A stretch of DNA of 64,000 bases from a bacterium. Lineage in GTDB: Bacteria; Patescibacteriota; Minisyncoccia; Phycocordibacterales; UBA9973. The translations under genes and the position numbers were made by a program. Within the stretch, counting starts at the first letter, position 1. Each line of letters starts with the position of its first letter. The notes below the pieces were generated by a model. That model was not told where the DNA came from. It ran no database searches and saw only the letters and a program-made list of their open reading frames with translations. The stretch spans positions 63,114-127,113 of the forward strand of contig JAKBMK010000025.1 in the NCBI GenBank assembly GCA_021831595.1. Reading direction: 5' to 3'. Shown here in pieces: positions 30,027-38,868 of the stretch.

Positions 30027-31301
30027 ATGGAGCAGGTATATAGTGTGATATTTTATGGGTTTGCTTTCGTCTCTGTCTACGTACAGGTGTTTTTTTTATT
30101 GACATTTTTTGATAAACGTCGCCATATATCATGGAGCCCTAAGGAAATAGAACTAAAAAGATATCCTACTATAACCATTGCTGTCCCTTGTTATAACGAA
30201 GAGAAGACTATAACAAAGACAATGGAATCACTCCTTGCTCTCGATTATCCTAAAGATAAATTGACTCTAATCATAGTAGATGATGGAAGTACCGATAATA
30301 CTTGGGAACTTGTTAAGACATTTGATAATGGTAGTAATGTACTTGCATTTCGTAAGGAGAATGGAGGAAAACATACAGCAGTGAATTTCGCTCTTGAAAA
30401 GAGTACTGCTGAATTCTTTGGATGTCTTGACGCTGATTCTTTTGTAGATAATCAGGCAATGAAAAGAATCATGAGGTATTTTGAAAATGATCCGAGAAAT
30501 ATGGCTGTCATACCTTCAGTTCTTAGTTATAATCCCAAGAATATGATTCAAAAAGCACAGAAAGTTGAATATGATATGGGAGTTTATATAAAGAAAATGT
30601 TGGGTCTCATTGGTGGAATCCAGGTTACTCCAGGGCCTCTATCAACATTTAGGAAAAAAGTCTTTGATGATTTGGGGCCATACAGGAAAGCTCATAATAC
30701 TGAAGATCAAGAAATAGCTCTTCGAATGCAGGAACATGGGTACAAGATAGATTATTGTCCTGATGCTTATATCTATACAAATACACCAAATTCTGTGGTT
30801 AAGCTTTACAGACAAAGACTAAGATGGATTTATGGTTTTATTAAAAATTTAGTTGATTACCGTCATTTATTGTTTAGGAAGAAATATGGTACAGTAGCCT
30901 TGTTTACTTTACCAACAGGAATGATCTCTATCTTTGGTATATTGTTTATGTTTTTTACTGTTATCTATAATCTTCTAAGAGTTATATACGAAAAGACTAT
31001 CCAGATAAATACTATAGGATTTCATAATTTCTTTAGCTTGAATTATAAGTTTGATTGGTTCTTTATAGATACTAGGGCAATGTTGTTCTTATCTATTATT
31101 TTGTATATACTAGTCATTACATCGGTATTGTTAGGCAGAAAGATGTCAACAGGAAAGGCTAATTTTACCGTTTCAATTATTTATTTTATTATTATTTATA
31201 GTATTGTAGCGCCGTTTTGGATGCTTAGAGCAATATTTAATTCTCTAATTTCCAAAGAATCTAGTTGGACATTTGAACGACGAGTTACAACAAGCAATTA
31301 A
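30027..31301 (+). CDS. processive family-2 glycosyltransferase (membrane-integrated synthase with QRLRW motif; PgaC/IcaA/NodC/cellulose-synthase-like)
   Basis: DDGSTD, DAD (DxD), QRLRW motifs. TM helices at both ends. Start set to ATG 30027 (MEQVYS) from promoter placement; the ORF-track alternative is 29997. Confidence 0.8.
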   Translation: MEQVYSVIFYGFAFVSVYVQVFFLLTFFDKRRHISWSPKEIELKRYPTITIAVPCYNEEKTITKTMESLLALDYPKDKLTLIIVDDGSTDNTWELVKTFDNGSNVLAFRKENGGKHTAVNFALEKSTAEFFGCLDADSFVDNQAMKRIMRYFENDPRNMAVIPSVLSYNPKNMIQKAQKVEYDMGVYIKKMLGLIGGIQVTPGPLSTFRKKVFDDLGPYRKAHNTEDQEIALRMQEHGYKIDYCPDAYIYTNTPNSVVKLYRQRLRWIYGFIKNLVDYRHLLFRKKYGTVALFTLPTGMISIFGILFMFFTVIYNLLRVIYEKTIQINTIGFHNFFSLNYKFDWFFIDTRAMLFLSIILYILVITSVLLGRKMSTGKANFTVSIIYFIIIYSIVAPFWMLRAIFNSLISKESSWTFERRVTTSN

Positions 31302-31305
31302 TTAT

Positions 31306-32040
31306 ATGCATCAACACGAACCCAATGATTGGAAAAAATATGTGATCGTATTGTTTATAACAGCAACTCTTTTTGCTATAGGAATTTGGACTTCTAGTTA
31401 TTTTACTAATAAAAAAATGACAGAACTTAAATCAATTGAAGATAAAATATCTCTAGACCTAATGTCTTCAGAAACTCAATTTTCTTTGCTTCAAGAATTA
31501 TCATGTAAAGATATCTCAAATACGGTATTGTCTTCAGAGCTCAATTCTCTTGCAGAAAAGATTTCTTATAGTGAAGGCAATCTAGGAAATGACAATAGTA
31601 ATGTTGTAAGCCTCAAGAGATATTATTCTCTTCTAGAAATTAAAGATTATCTCTTAATGAAAAAAATAACTGAGAGATGTGGAGAAAAATCAATATTCGT
31701 CCTTTACTTCTATAAAAATGAGAAGTGTGATGATTGTACCAAGCAGGGATATGTCTTAACCTCTCTTCGTGAAAAATATCCAAACCTAAGAGTTTATTCC
31801 TTTGATTATAATCTAGATCTTTCGGCTATACGGGCTATGACTTCTATATATAAAGTTCCAGATGATTTACCAGCTATTGTTATAAACGGAAAGGTTCATA
31901 GTGGTTTCCAAAGTATTGAAGATATAGAAAAAACGTTTCCTGAGCTTGAAGCAATGAGAAAAGAAGAAGAGGCTGCTGCTAAAAAGGCTGCTACAACTAA
32001 GACAAAGACCTCTACTCCAGTAGGTACGACAAATAATTAA
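31306..32040 (+). CDS. membrane-anchored thioredoxin-like protein (CDDC active-site motif) with Thr/Lys-rich C-terminal tail
   Basis: N-terminal TM (YVIVLFITATLFAIGIW). IFVLYFYKNEKCDDCTK ... PAIVINGKVHSGFQSIEDIE matches the thioredoxin-fold layout. Start moved to ATG 31306 to avoid overlap with the GT2 gene. Confidence 0.5.
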   Translation: MHQHEPNDWKKYVIVLFITATLFAIGIWTSSYFTNKKMTELKSIEDKISLDLMSSETQFSLLQELSCKDISNTVLSSELNSLAEKISYSEGNLGNDNSNVVSLKRYYSLLEIKDYLLMKKITERCGEKSIFVLYFYKNEKCDDCTKQGYVLTSLREKYPNLRVYSFDYNLDLSAIRAMTSIYKVPDDLPAIVINGKVHSGFQSIEDIEKTFPELEAMRKEEEAAAKKAATTKTKTSTPVGTTNN

Positions 32041-32092
32041 TTGAGGACAGACTTGGCCCGACGGCCTCCATCTTTCAAGTCTGAGTGCCCAT

Positions 32093-32128
32093 AAAACAAT
32101 ACCACCCTGTATAGGGTGGTATTGTTTT
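32093..32128. terminator. 14-bp-stem bidirectional terminator hairpin
   Basis: aaaacaataccaccctgtatagggtggtattgtttt. Confidence 0.65.
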
Positions 32129-32129
32129 A

Positions 32130-32205
32130 TGGAGCCGCTTCTCAGACTTGAACTGAGGACCTTCGCTTTACAAAAGCGTTGCTCTACCAACTGAGCTAAA
32201 GCGGC
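32130..32205 (-). tRNA. tRNA-Thr (anticodon UGU), CCA encoded
   Basis: Minus-strand GCCGCTTTAGCTCAGTTGGTAGAGCAACGCTTTTGTAAAGCGAAGGTCCTCAGTTCAAGTCTGAGAAGCGGCTCCA. Cloverleaf folds, anticodon loop TTTGTAA, discriminator U. Confidence 0.85.
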
Positions 32206-32265
32206 GTATGCTTTTTGTTTACCAAACAGCCAAAGCGGCGTGTTTATAATGCTATACTAGCATTT

Positions 32266-32739
32266 TTAAACGATTTTATCAACTTCTTCTTGTTTGATCT
32301 CGCTCTCTGCATTTTCTGTCATTTGTGCTTCTATTTTCTCTTCATGTTCTTGCTTTATTTTCTCTTTAACCTTTTTTATCTTTATTTTTGATTCCATTAC
32401 AGCTCTTTCCACAAAAGATATTTTTCTTGGGTCAGTTACATTATTTTCCTTTTTACTAAAGAGTTTATTTAACTTAGGTAATTTGTTCTGTATTAACGTT
32501 TTCAATTTTGTGATTGTTGTGAACCATAATTTCACAACAGACAAAACTATCCATTGCACGATATGCTTTGTAGTATAGAGAATTATTTTCTCTACATATC
32601 TGAAGGATAGTTTTGGTGTGAAAGCTTTAACTTCTTCTTTTACTACTAGTCTATTGGTTCTTATCTCCCAAGCACGATACATTAGCATGCCAAAGGCTGC
32701 TATTATTGTTACTAGAAAGATAATAATAGATATAGTCAT
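32266..32739 (-). CDS. hypothetical membrane protein with charged C-terminal coiled region
   Basis: N-terminal TM helices. C-terminal KKVKEKIKQEHEEKIEAQMTENAESEIKQEE. Confidence 0.4.
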   Translation of the reverse strand: MTISIIIFLVTIIAAFGMLMYRAWEIRTNRLVVKEEVKAFTPKLSFRYVEKIILYTTKHIVQWIVLSVVKLWFTTITKLKTLIQNKLPKLNKLFSKKENNVTDPRKISFVERAVMESKIKIKKVKEKIKQEHEEKIEAQMTENAESEIKQEEVDKIV

Positions 32740-32742
32740 AAT

Positions 32743-33525
32743 TTAGCGAATTGATTCTGAAACAGAACTTACAAAAGTAGCCCCTTTTTCTTTCAATAGA
32801 TTTCCTACTGTAACATCAGGGTTCTTAATAAAAGCTTGATCCATAAGAGTTTGTTCTTTGAAGTATGTAGAAATCTTACCGTCTAGCATTTTCTTTTTAA
32901 TCTCTTCTGGCTTGTCTGACTCTGCTACCTCTTTCTCGAAAACTTCAACAACTTTAGATTTGTCATCTTCTGTAATATCATCTGCTTTTATGAAAGCAGG
33001 CTTCATAGCTGCTATATGCATTGCTATGTCCTTTGCGAGTTCCGATGTTCCTCCTTTGAGAGACACTATAACAGCACTTTTACTACCATGAACATAACTT
33101 CCCAAAACTTCTCCTTCAACTATTTCAACTTTTCCTAATTCAATCTTCTCACCAACTTTTTGAACTATAGGATTTATCATGTCGAGAGATTTTGCTTTCA
33201 TGGCCTCTACTCCTTCTTTCACAGCCAAATCTGCTAGTCCATTTGCTAACGTTACGAAATCTTCATTTCTTGCTACGAAGTCAGTTTCTGAATGTAGAGT
33301 TACGAGCAAGCATTTACCTGCCATTTCTCTGACGACAATTATTCCGTCCTGGGCATTTCTGTCGGCTTTTTTCATAGCGATACTACTTGATTTCTTTTTC
33401 AATATAACAAGAGCCTTTTCCATGTCTCCATCGGCTTCTTCTAATGCATTTTTACATTGCATTACAGATACTCCTGTACCATCTCTTAACTCTTTAACTA
33501 ATTCTGCAGTTATTTTAATAGACAT
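32743..33525 (-). CDS. tsf: elongation factor Ts
   Basis: MSIKITAELVKELRDGTGVSVMQCKNALEEADGDMEKA UBA-like N-terminus. Downstream of rpsB. Confidence 0.95.
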   Translation of the reverse strand: MSIKITAELVKELRDGTGVSVMQCKNALEEADGDMEKALVILKKKSSSIAMKKADRNAQDGIIVVREMAGKCLLVTLHSETDFVARNEDFVTLANGLADLAVKEGVEAMKAKSLDMINPIVQKVGEKIELGKVEIVEGEVLGSYVHGSKSAVIVSLKGGTSELAKDIAMHIAAMKPAFIKADDITEDDKSKVVEVFEKEVAESDKPEEIKKKMLDGKISTYFKEQTLMDQAFIKNPDVTVGNLLKEKGATFVSSVSESIR

Positions 33526-33580
33526 AATTTACTATAGATTGGCCAATTGGCCTTAATTAATAAATAATTCAAAACTACTT

Positions 33581-34279
33581 TTATTTCTTTTCGCCCACGA
33601 TGCCTTTGTTGTAAGCACTTTTTATCTGAGAAAGGAAGAAGCTGATACTAGATACAGATGCATCGTTAGCAACAATAGGGAAGTCTGCTTTTTTCATATT
33701 GCAGTCTGTATTCATAAGGGCGATAACTGGTAAGTTCATCTTGTGAGCTTCTGTAACAGCGATATGTTCTTTCTTTGGATCAACAACGAAAATAGCATCA
33801 GGAGTACGAGTAATACCAGTAAGACCCTGGAAGTTCTTTGTCATGTCATTCATTTCACGGTCTATTAATAATTTTTCTTTCTTAGTATATTTATCAAGAC
33901 CTCCTTTTTCTTTTTGTTCACGTAATTCAAGAAGTTTAACAATGCGCTTCTTTATTTCAGGGAAGTTTGTAAGAGATCCTCCAACCCAACGCTCAGAAAC
34001 ATAAGGCATGTTTAGGGCCAAGGCGGTTTCAATTATTTGTTGTTTAGCTTCAGCTTTTGTTCCTACGAAAAGAATAATCTTTCCGGCAGCGGCAAGAGAA
34101 GTAACTTTCTCCATAGCTTTTTCAAAAAGCATGTGAGTTTTTTCTGTATTTATAATATCTACGCCATTCTTTGTCGCAAAGATATAAGGAGTAGTAGATG
34201 GGTGACGGCGACTTTTTGAGTACCCGTAATGAGTACCATTAGCAAACATTTCTTCTATAACACTGTTTTGTATATTCAT
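33581..34279 (-). CDS. rpsB: 30S ribosomal protein S2
   Basis: FANGTHYGYSKSRRHP...LNMPYVSERWVGG S2 signature. Confidence 0.95.
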   Translation of the reverse strand: MNIQNSVIEEMFANGTHYGYSKSRRHPSTTPYIFATKNGVDIINTEKTHMLFEKAMEKVTSLAAAGKIILFVGTKAEAKQQIIETALALNMPYVSERWVGGSLTNFPEIKKRIVKLLELREQKEKGGLDKYTKKEKLLIDREMNDMTKNFQGLTGITRTPDAIFVVDPKKEHIAVTEAHKMNLPVIALMNTDCNMKKADFPIVANDASVSSISFFLSQIKSAYNKGIVGEKK

Positions 34280-34507
34280 ACTATATTTTGTCTTTGATTT
34301 CGTCTCAGACTTTATGATTAATTATAATACTATCCGTTTTTAAGCATTCCAGCTTGCCCCGCTTTTTAGCGCGACTCACGACTACCATAGTAGGGTGAAT
34401 TTACAAGGGTCTTTTGAGTCTTTTAAACAAAAAAGCTCCTCACGGAAAGTACTCGTATAATACCAGAAAAACCATTATTTTGCAACCTGTAAGAATCACC
34501 TTATTTT

Positions 34508-34536
34508 TTGACCTTATGCTTATTTTAGAGTAGTAT
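34508..34536 (+). promoter_or_regulatory. promoter TTGACC-17-TAGTAT ending 6 nt before the proS ATG (leaderless candidate)
   Basis: Hexamers read directly. Confidence 0.4.
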
Positions 34537-34542
34537 GTGGGT

Positions 34543-35805
34543 ATGAAGCAATCAAAACTATTTACTAAAACAAAGAAAGAAAGTCCAGCAGATGAAGTCT
34601 CTCTGAACGCTGAACTTCTTATAAGAGCTGGATTTATAAGTAAGGAAATGGCCGGGGTGTACTCGTATCTGCCACTTGGTCTACGAGTAGTAAAGAAGAT
34701 AGAAAATATTATAAGAGAAGAGATGGACAATATTGGTGGTACAGAAATGAGAACCAGTGTTTTCCAAACCAAGGAAGTTTGGGAGAAATCAAACAGATGG
34801 GACGATGAGGTTGTAGATGTCTGGTTTAAAACGAAATTAAAAAATGGCGGAGAGATTGGTCTGTCTTTTACTAACGAAGAAGCTTACTCAGATATTCTAA
34901 AGCAATACATAAATTCCTACAAAGACCTTCCTGTCTATCCTTATGATTTTAAAAGTATTTTTAGAAATGAAACGAGAAGTAAGTCTGGAATTTTGAGAGG
35001 TAGAGAGTTCTACTGGAAAGCTTTATATTCTTTTTCAAGAGATGAATCAGAACATAATGAGTTTTATGAAAAAGCAAAACAAGCATATAAAAATATCTTT
35101 CAAAAGGTGGGTATTGGGCATTTAACTTATATGACCTTTGCTTCTGGTGGAAGTTTCTCGAAATTTTCCCATGAATTCCAAACTATTACAGGGGCGGGGG
35201 AAGACCTTATTTATGTTGATCCAAATAAAGGCATTGCTATAAACAAAGAGGTTTATAATGATGAGGTTATAGAAAGTTTGGGGCTTAAAAAGGAAGATTT
35301 GGTTGAGAATAAAGCCGTCGAAGTAGGAAATATCTTTTCATTAGGTACAAAATTCTCAGCGCCGTTTGATTTGAAGTATAAAGATGAAAATGGGGAGGAG
35401 AAATTAGTCATAATGGGTAGCTATGGTATAGGTTTGGGTAGATTGATGGGTACTGTAGTAGAAGTATTATCTGACGATAAAGGTATAATCTGGCCAGAAA
35501 GTATTGCCCCATTTAAAGTTCATCTGTTAGTACTAGGAAGCGATGAAAATATTAAAAATAGTGCAGAGGATCTCTATAACAATCTGAAAGAAAAAGGGAT
35601 AGAAGTACTGTTTGATGATCGGGCTGACCTAAGTGCAGGGGAGAAATTTGCTGATTCTGATCTTATTGGTATACCTTATAGAGTTGTTGTTTCGAAGAGA
35701 AGTTTGGCAGATGGTGGTTTTGAAATGAAAAAAAGAACAGAACAGAATGGAAAAATTATTACAAAAGAAAAATTAATAGATGTTCTATTGGAAACTAATC
35801 GTTAG
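34543..35805 (+). CDS. proS: proline--tRNA ligase (short form without INS editing domain)
   Basis: N-terminal LLIRAGFISKEMAGVYSYLPLGLRVVKKIENIIREEM is the ProRS signature. Class II motifs and anticodon-binding domain present. ATG 34543 preferred over GTG 34537. Confidence 0.9.
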   Translation: MKQSKLFTKTKKESPADEVSLNAELLIRAGFISKEMAGVYSYLPLGLRVVKKIENIIREEMDNIGGTEMRTSVFQTKEVWEKSNRWDDEVVDVWFKTKLKNGGEIGLSFTNEEAYSDILKQYINSYKDLPVYPYDFKSIFRNETRSKSGILRGREFYWKALYSFSRDESEHNEFYEKAKQAYKNIFQKVGIGHLTYMTFASGGSFSKFSHEFQTITGAGEDLIYVDPNKGIAINKEVYNDEVIESLGLKKEDLVENKAVEVGNIFSLGTKFSAPFDLKYKDENGEEKLVIMGSYGIGLGRLMGTVVEVLSDDKGIIWPESIAPFKVHLLVLGSDENIKNSAEDLYNNLKEKGIEVLFDDRADLSAGEKFADSDLIGIPYRVVVSKRSLADGGFEMKKRTEQNGKIITKEKLIDVLLETNR

Positions 35806-35825
35806 AACCTAATCACCAACTCAAG

Positions 35826-36872
35826 ATGTTTAAAAAATTCTACCAAATGTTTTCTAATGATATCGGTATCGATCTAGGCACAGCCAACACGCTGGTATAT
35901 TTGAAGGGTCACGGTATTGTTATAAACGAGCCCTCAGTGGTAGTGGTAAATCAAAAGACAGGTCAGATTATTGCTGTTGGAGCAGAAGCTAAACAAATGC
36001 TTGGACGTACGCCAGGGCATGTCCGTGCAGTTCGTCCAATTGTAGACGGAGTTATCTCGGACTTTGAAGTTACAGAAGAAATGCTTGCTTATCTAATAAA
36101 TAAAGCAGAAAAAATTTCGAAAAAGTTTATTCGACCTCGTGTTGTCGTAGGGGTGCCTACTGGAATTACAAATGTCGAGATTCGTGCTGTCGAAGATGCT
36201 GCCCGTTCAGCTGGAGCTCGCGAAGTTTATATTATCGAGGAACCAATGTCTGCGGCAATTGGTATTCGTCTCCCTGTGAATGATGCTGTCGGTTCTGTGA
36301 TTGTAGACATAGGGGGAGGAACGACAGACGTAGCAGTCATTTCTCTTTCAGGTGTTGTAAGATCAAAAAATTTAAAGATTGCTGGAGATCTACTAAATAC
36401 AGATATTATTAATTATATGAAGGATGAGTTTAAATTACTTATCGGAGAGAGAACAGCTGAAAATGTAAAAATAGCGATAGGAAGTGTTGCTGAAGGGGAA
36501 TCTATGGAGGCTGAGGTAAGGGGCCGAGACTTAGTCACAGGTCTTCCTCGTCAGGTTATAGTAACTGATTCAGATATAAGAGAAGCTATTCTACCTTCAA
36601 TTTTAAGCCTGGTGGATGGCGTCAAAGAGGTTCTAGAAACTACACCACCAGAACTTCTCTCTGATATTATGCATAGAGGTTTAGTTCTATCAGGTGGAGG
36701 AGCGATGATAAGGGGTCTCGATGTTTTATTGAAAAATACCTTGAAAATCCCTATTTATATAGCCGAAGATCCTCTAACGGCTGTTGCTAGAGGTACTGGA
36801 GTTCTACTCGATGATTTTGATACTTATAAAGAAGTTTTATTAAATACAGATGATTCATCAGTTCCGAGATAA
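35826..36872 (+). CDS. mreB: rod shape-determining protein MreB
   Basis: IGIDLGTANTLVY, actin-fold phosphate 1/2 motifs. Confidence 0.95.
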   Translation: MFKKFYQMFSNDIGIDLGTANTLVYLKGHGIVINEPSVVVVNQKTGQIIAVGAEAKQMLGRTPGHVRAVRPIVDGVISDFEVTEEMLAYLINKAEKISKKFIRPRVVVGVPTGITNVEIRAVEDAARSAGAREVYIIEEPMSAAIGIRLPVNDAVGSVIVDIGGGTTDVAVISLSGVVRSKNLKIAGDLLNTDIINYMKDEFKLLIGERTAENVKIAIGSVAEGESMEAEVRGRDLVTGLPRQVIVTDSDIREAILPSILSLVDGVKEVLETTPPELLSDIMHRGLVLSGGGAMIRGLDVLLKNTLKIPIYIAEDPLTAVARGTGVLLDDFDTYKEVLLNTDDSSVPR

Positions 36873-37647
36873 AAACCAAATAGCTAAAAGAAAAAGATTA
36901 ATAAAAAATATTATTTTATTAATGACTTTTTTGTTGCTTGCTCTGTTGGGGGTATATACATATTTTAGTGGAGCAATTCATTTTTTGGGTAGACCTTTTT
37001 GGAAAGCTAAAACCACTGTTGTAAATAATATAGGAGCTATTGGATATGTCGTTCGCACCAAGACTTCTGTCTATAAAGAAAACGAAAATCTTTTGAAGGA
37101 GAATACTGATCTTAAAACTTCCATGATAGATTATCAAGTTCTCAAGAATGAAAATATAGCACTCAAAGAATCCTTGGGGCGAATACAACCGAATACTGAT
37201 ATGATCCTATCAAATATTTTGACGAAGCCTGCTTATTCACCATACGATACAATTATTATTGATGTTGGTAAGGATAATAATATAGTAGTCGGAGATCAAG
37301 TTTATAGTAATGTTATTACTCCTATTGGAGAAGTAAGTGCTGTCTATGACAATACTTCTTTGGTTGTTTTGTATTCAAACCCAGGGAAAACGACGGAAGC
37401 CATAATTAGCAATAATAATACAAGCGTAGAACTTGTGGGCCGTGGGGGTGGAAACTTTGAGATGACTATTCCTATAGACTTACCTTTTGAAAAAGGAGCT
37501 CTTGTTTTGTTGCCAAATCTACAATCTGAAGTTGTTGCAATAATGCAAGATGTTATTTCTTCACCGAATGATCCTGTAAAGAAGGTCCTTCTAAGTTCAC
37601 CTATAAATGTACAAAGTCTCAAATGGGTTTTTGTTAAAAGGAATTAA
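36850..37647 (+). CDS. mreC: rod shape-determining protein MreC
   Basis: N-terminal TM, coiled coil, C-terminal beta-rich domain. Follows and overlaps mreB. Confidence 0.7.
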   Translation: MIHQFRDKNQIAKRKRLIKNIILLMTFLLLALLGVYTYFSGAIHFLGRPFWKAKTTVVNNIGAIGYVVRTKTSVYKENENLLKENTDLKTSMIDYQVLKNENIALKESLGRIQPNTDMILSNILTKPAYSPYDTIIIDVGKDNNIVVGDQVYSNVITPIGEVSAVYDNTSLVVLYSNPGKTTEAIISNNNTSVELVGRGGGNFEMTIPIDLPFEKGALVLLPNLQSEVVAIMQDVISSPNDPVKKVLLSSPINVQSLKWVFVKRN

Positions 37648-38868
37648 ATGAAGAAAGCAATTGATTTTAAAATTGAAAAGAAATTAGAAGGGTATTTGGG
37701 TAGAGCTGGAATTCTAAAGACATCACACGGAGAAATACTTACTCCGTCTTTTGTTGTTGTGGGAACTAAAGGGACAGTTAAGTCGCTTACTCCAGAGCAA
37801 TTAAAAGATCTCGGTACTCCTGTTGTGCTTGCAAATACTTATCATCTTTATTTGCAACCTGGTGATGAACTTGTACGTGACGCTGGAGGACTTCACAAAT
37901 TCATGAATTGGGATGGGCCTATGATGACTGACTCTGGAGGATTCCAAGTTTTCTCTTTAGGAGTGGCTTATGGGAAGGAACTTTCAAAAGTGGTTTCTGT
38001 GACAGATCCGAGCCTACTTATACCTGAGAGATCAACAGTAGAAGATGGGGTGCCTAGGCTTGCAACAATCGGAAATGATGGAGTGTCCTTCCGTTCTCAT
38101 ATAGATGGGTCTCTCCATTATATAACCCCAGAAAAATCTATAGAAATACAACACAACCTGGGAGCTGATATAATTTTTGCTTTTGATGAATGTACTTCTC
38201 CTACTGAGAACGATAGATATCAAGAAGAAGCACTTTCACGTACGCACGCTTGGGCCAAGAGAAGCTTGATTAAGCATAAAGAATTGGAAGAAAATAAAAC
38301 AGAATTTCCTCAAGCTCTATTTGGTATTGTTCAAGGTGGACGCAAAGAAGAACTTCGAAGAAAGTCAGCACAAGTGATAGGAGCAATGGATTTTGATGGG
38401 TTTGGTATTGGCGGTTCTTTTGCTAAGGAGGACATGTCGAGTGCTGTGAAGTGGGTAAACGAAGAGCTCCCAGAAGGAAAGCCCCGACATTTGCTTGGTA
38501 TTGGTGAGCCAGAAGATTTATTCTCTGGAGTAGAAAACGGTGTAGATCTTTTTGATTGTGTAGGTCCTACTCGCATTGCCCGCAATGGAACACTTTTTAC
38601 AAAGAGTGGTAAAATAAATATATTAAATGCAAAATTTGTAAATGATTTTAATAATATAGAAAAAGATTGTGGTTGCTATACATGCAAGAATTACACAAAA
38701 GCATATCTCTCACATTTATTCAGAGCCAAGGAGATGCTCGGAGCAACTCTCTCTTCTATTCACAATGTTTATTTTATAACTGAGCTTGTAAAGAAAATGC
38801 GTCAGGCTATAATAGATGGTACTTTTGAAGAATATAAAAAAGAATTTTTCCATGAATACAAAAAATAA
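37648..38868 (+). CDS. tgt: queuine tRNA-ribosyltransferase
   Basis: LANTYHLYLQPG, DSGGFQ, Zn site CGCYTCKNYTKAYLSHL. Confidence 0.9.
   Translation: MKKAIDFKIEKKLEGYLGRAGILKTSHGEILTPSFVVVGTKGTVKSLTPEQLKDLGTPVVLANTYHLYLQPGDELVRDAGGLHKFMNWDGPMMTDSGGFQVFSLGVAYGKELSKVVSVTDPSLLIPERSTVEDGVPRLATIGNDGVSFRSHIDGSLHYITPEKSIEIQHNLGADIIFAFDECTSPTENDRYQEEALSRTHAWAKRSLIKHKELEENKTEFPQALFGIVQGGRKEELRRKSAQVIGAMDFDGFGIGGSFAKEDMSSAVKWVNEELPEGKPRHLLGIGEPEDLFSGVENGVDLFDCVGPTRIARNGTLFTKSGKINILNAKFVNDFNNIEKDCGCYTCKNYTKAYLSHLFRAKEMLGATLSSIHNVYFITELVKKMRQAIIDGTFEEYKKEFFHEYKK

Noticed and set aside
33179-33556. 125-aa ORF antisense to tsf
   Set aside because: Shadow ORF inside a highly conserved gene on the other strand.
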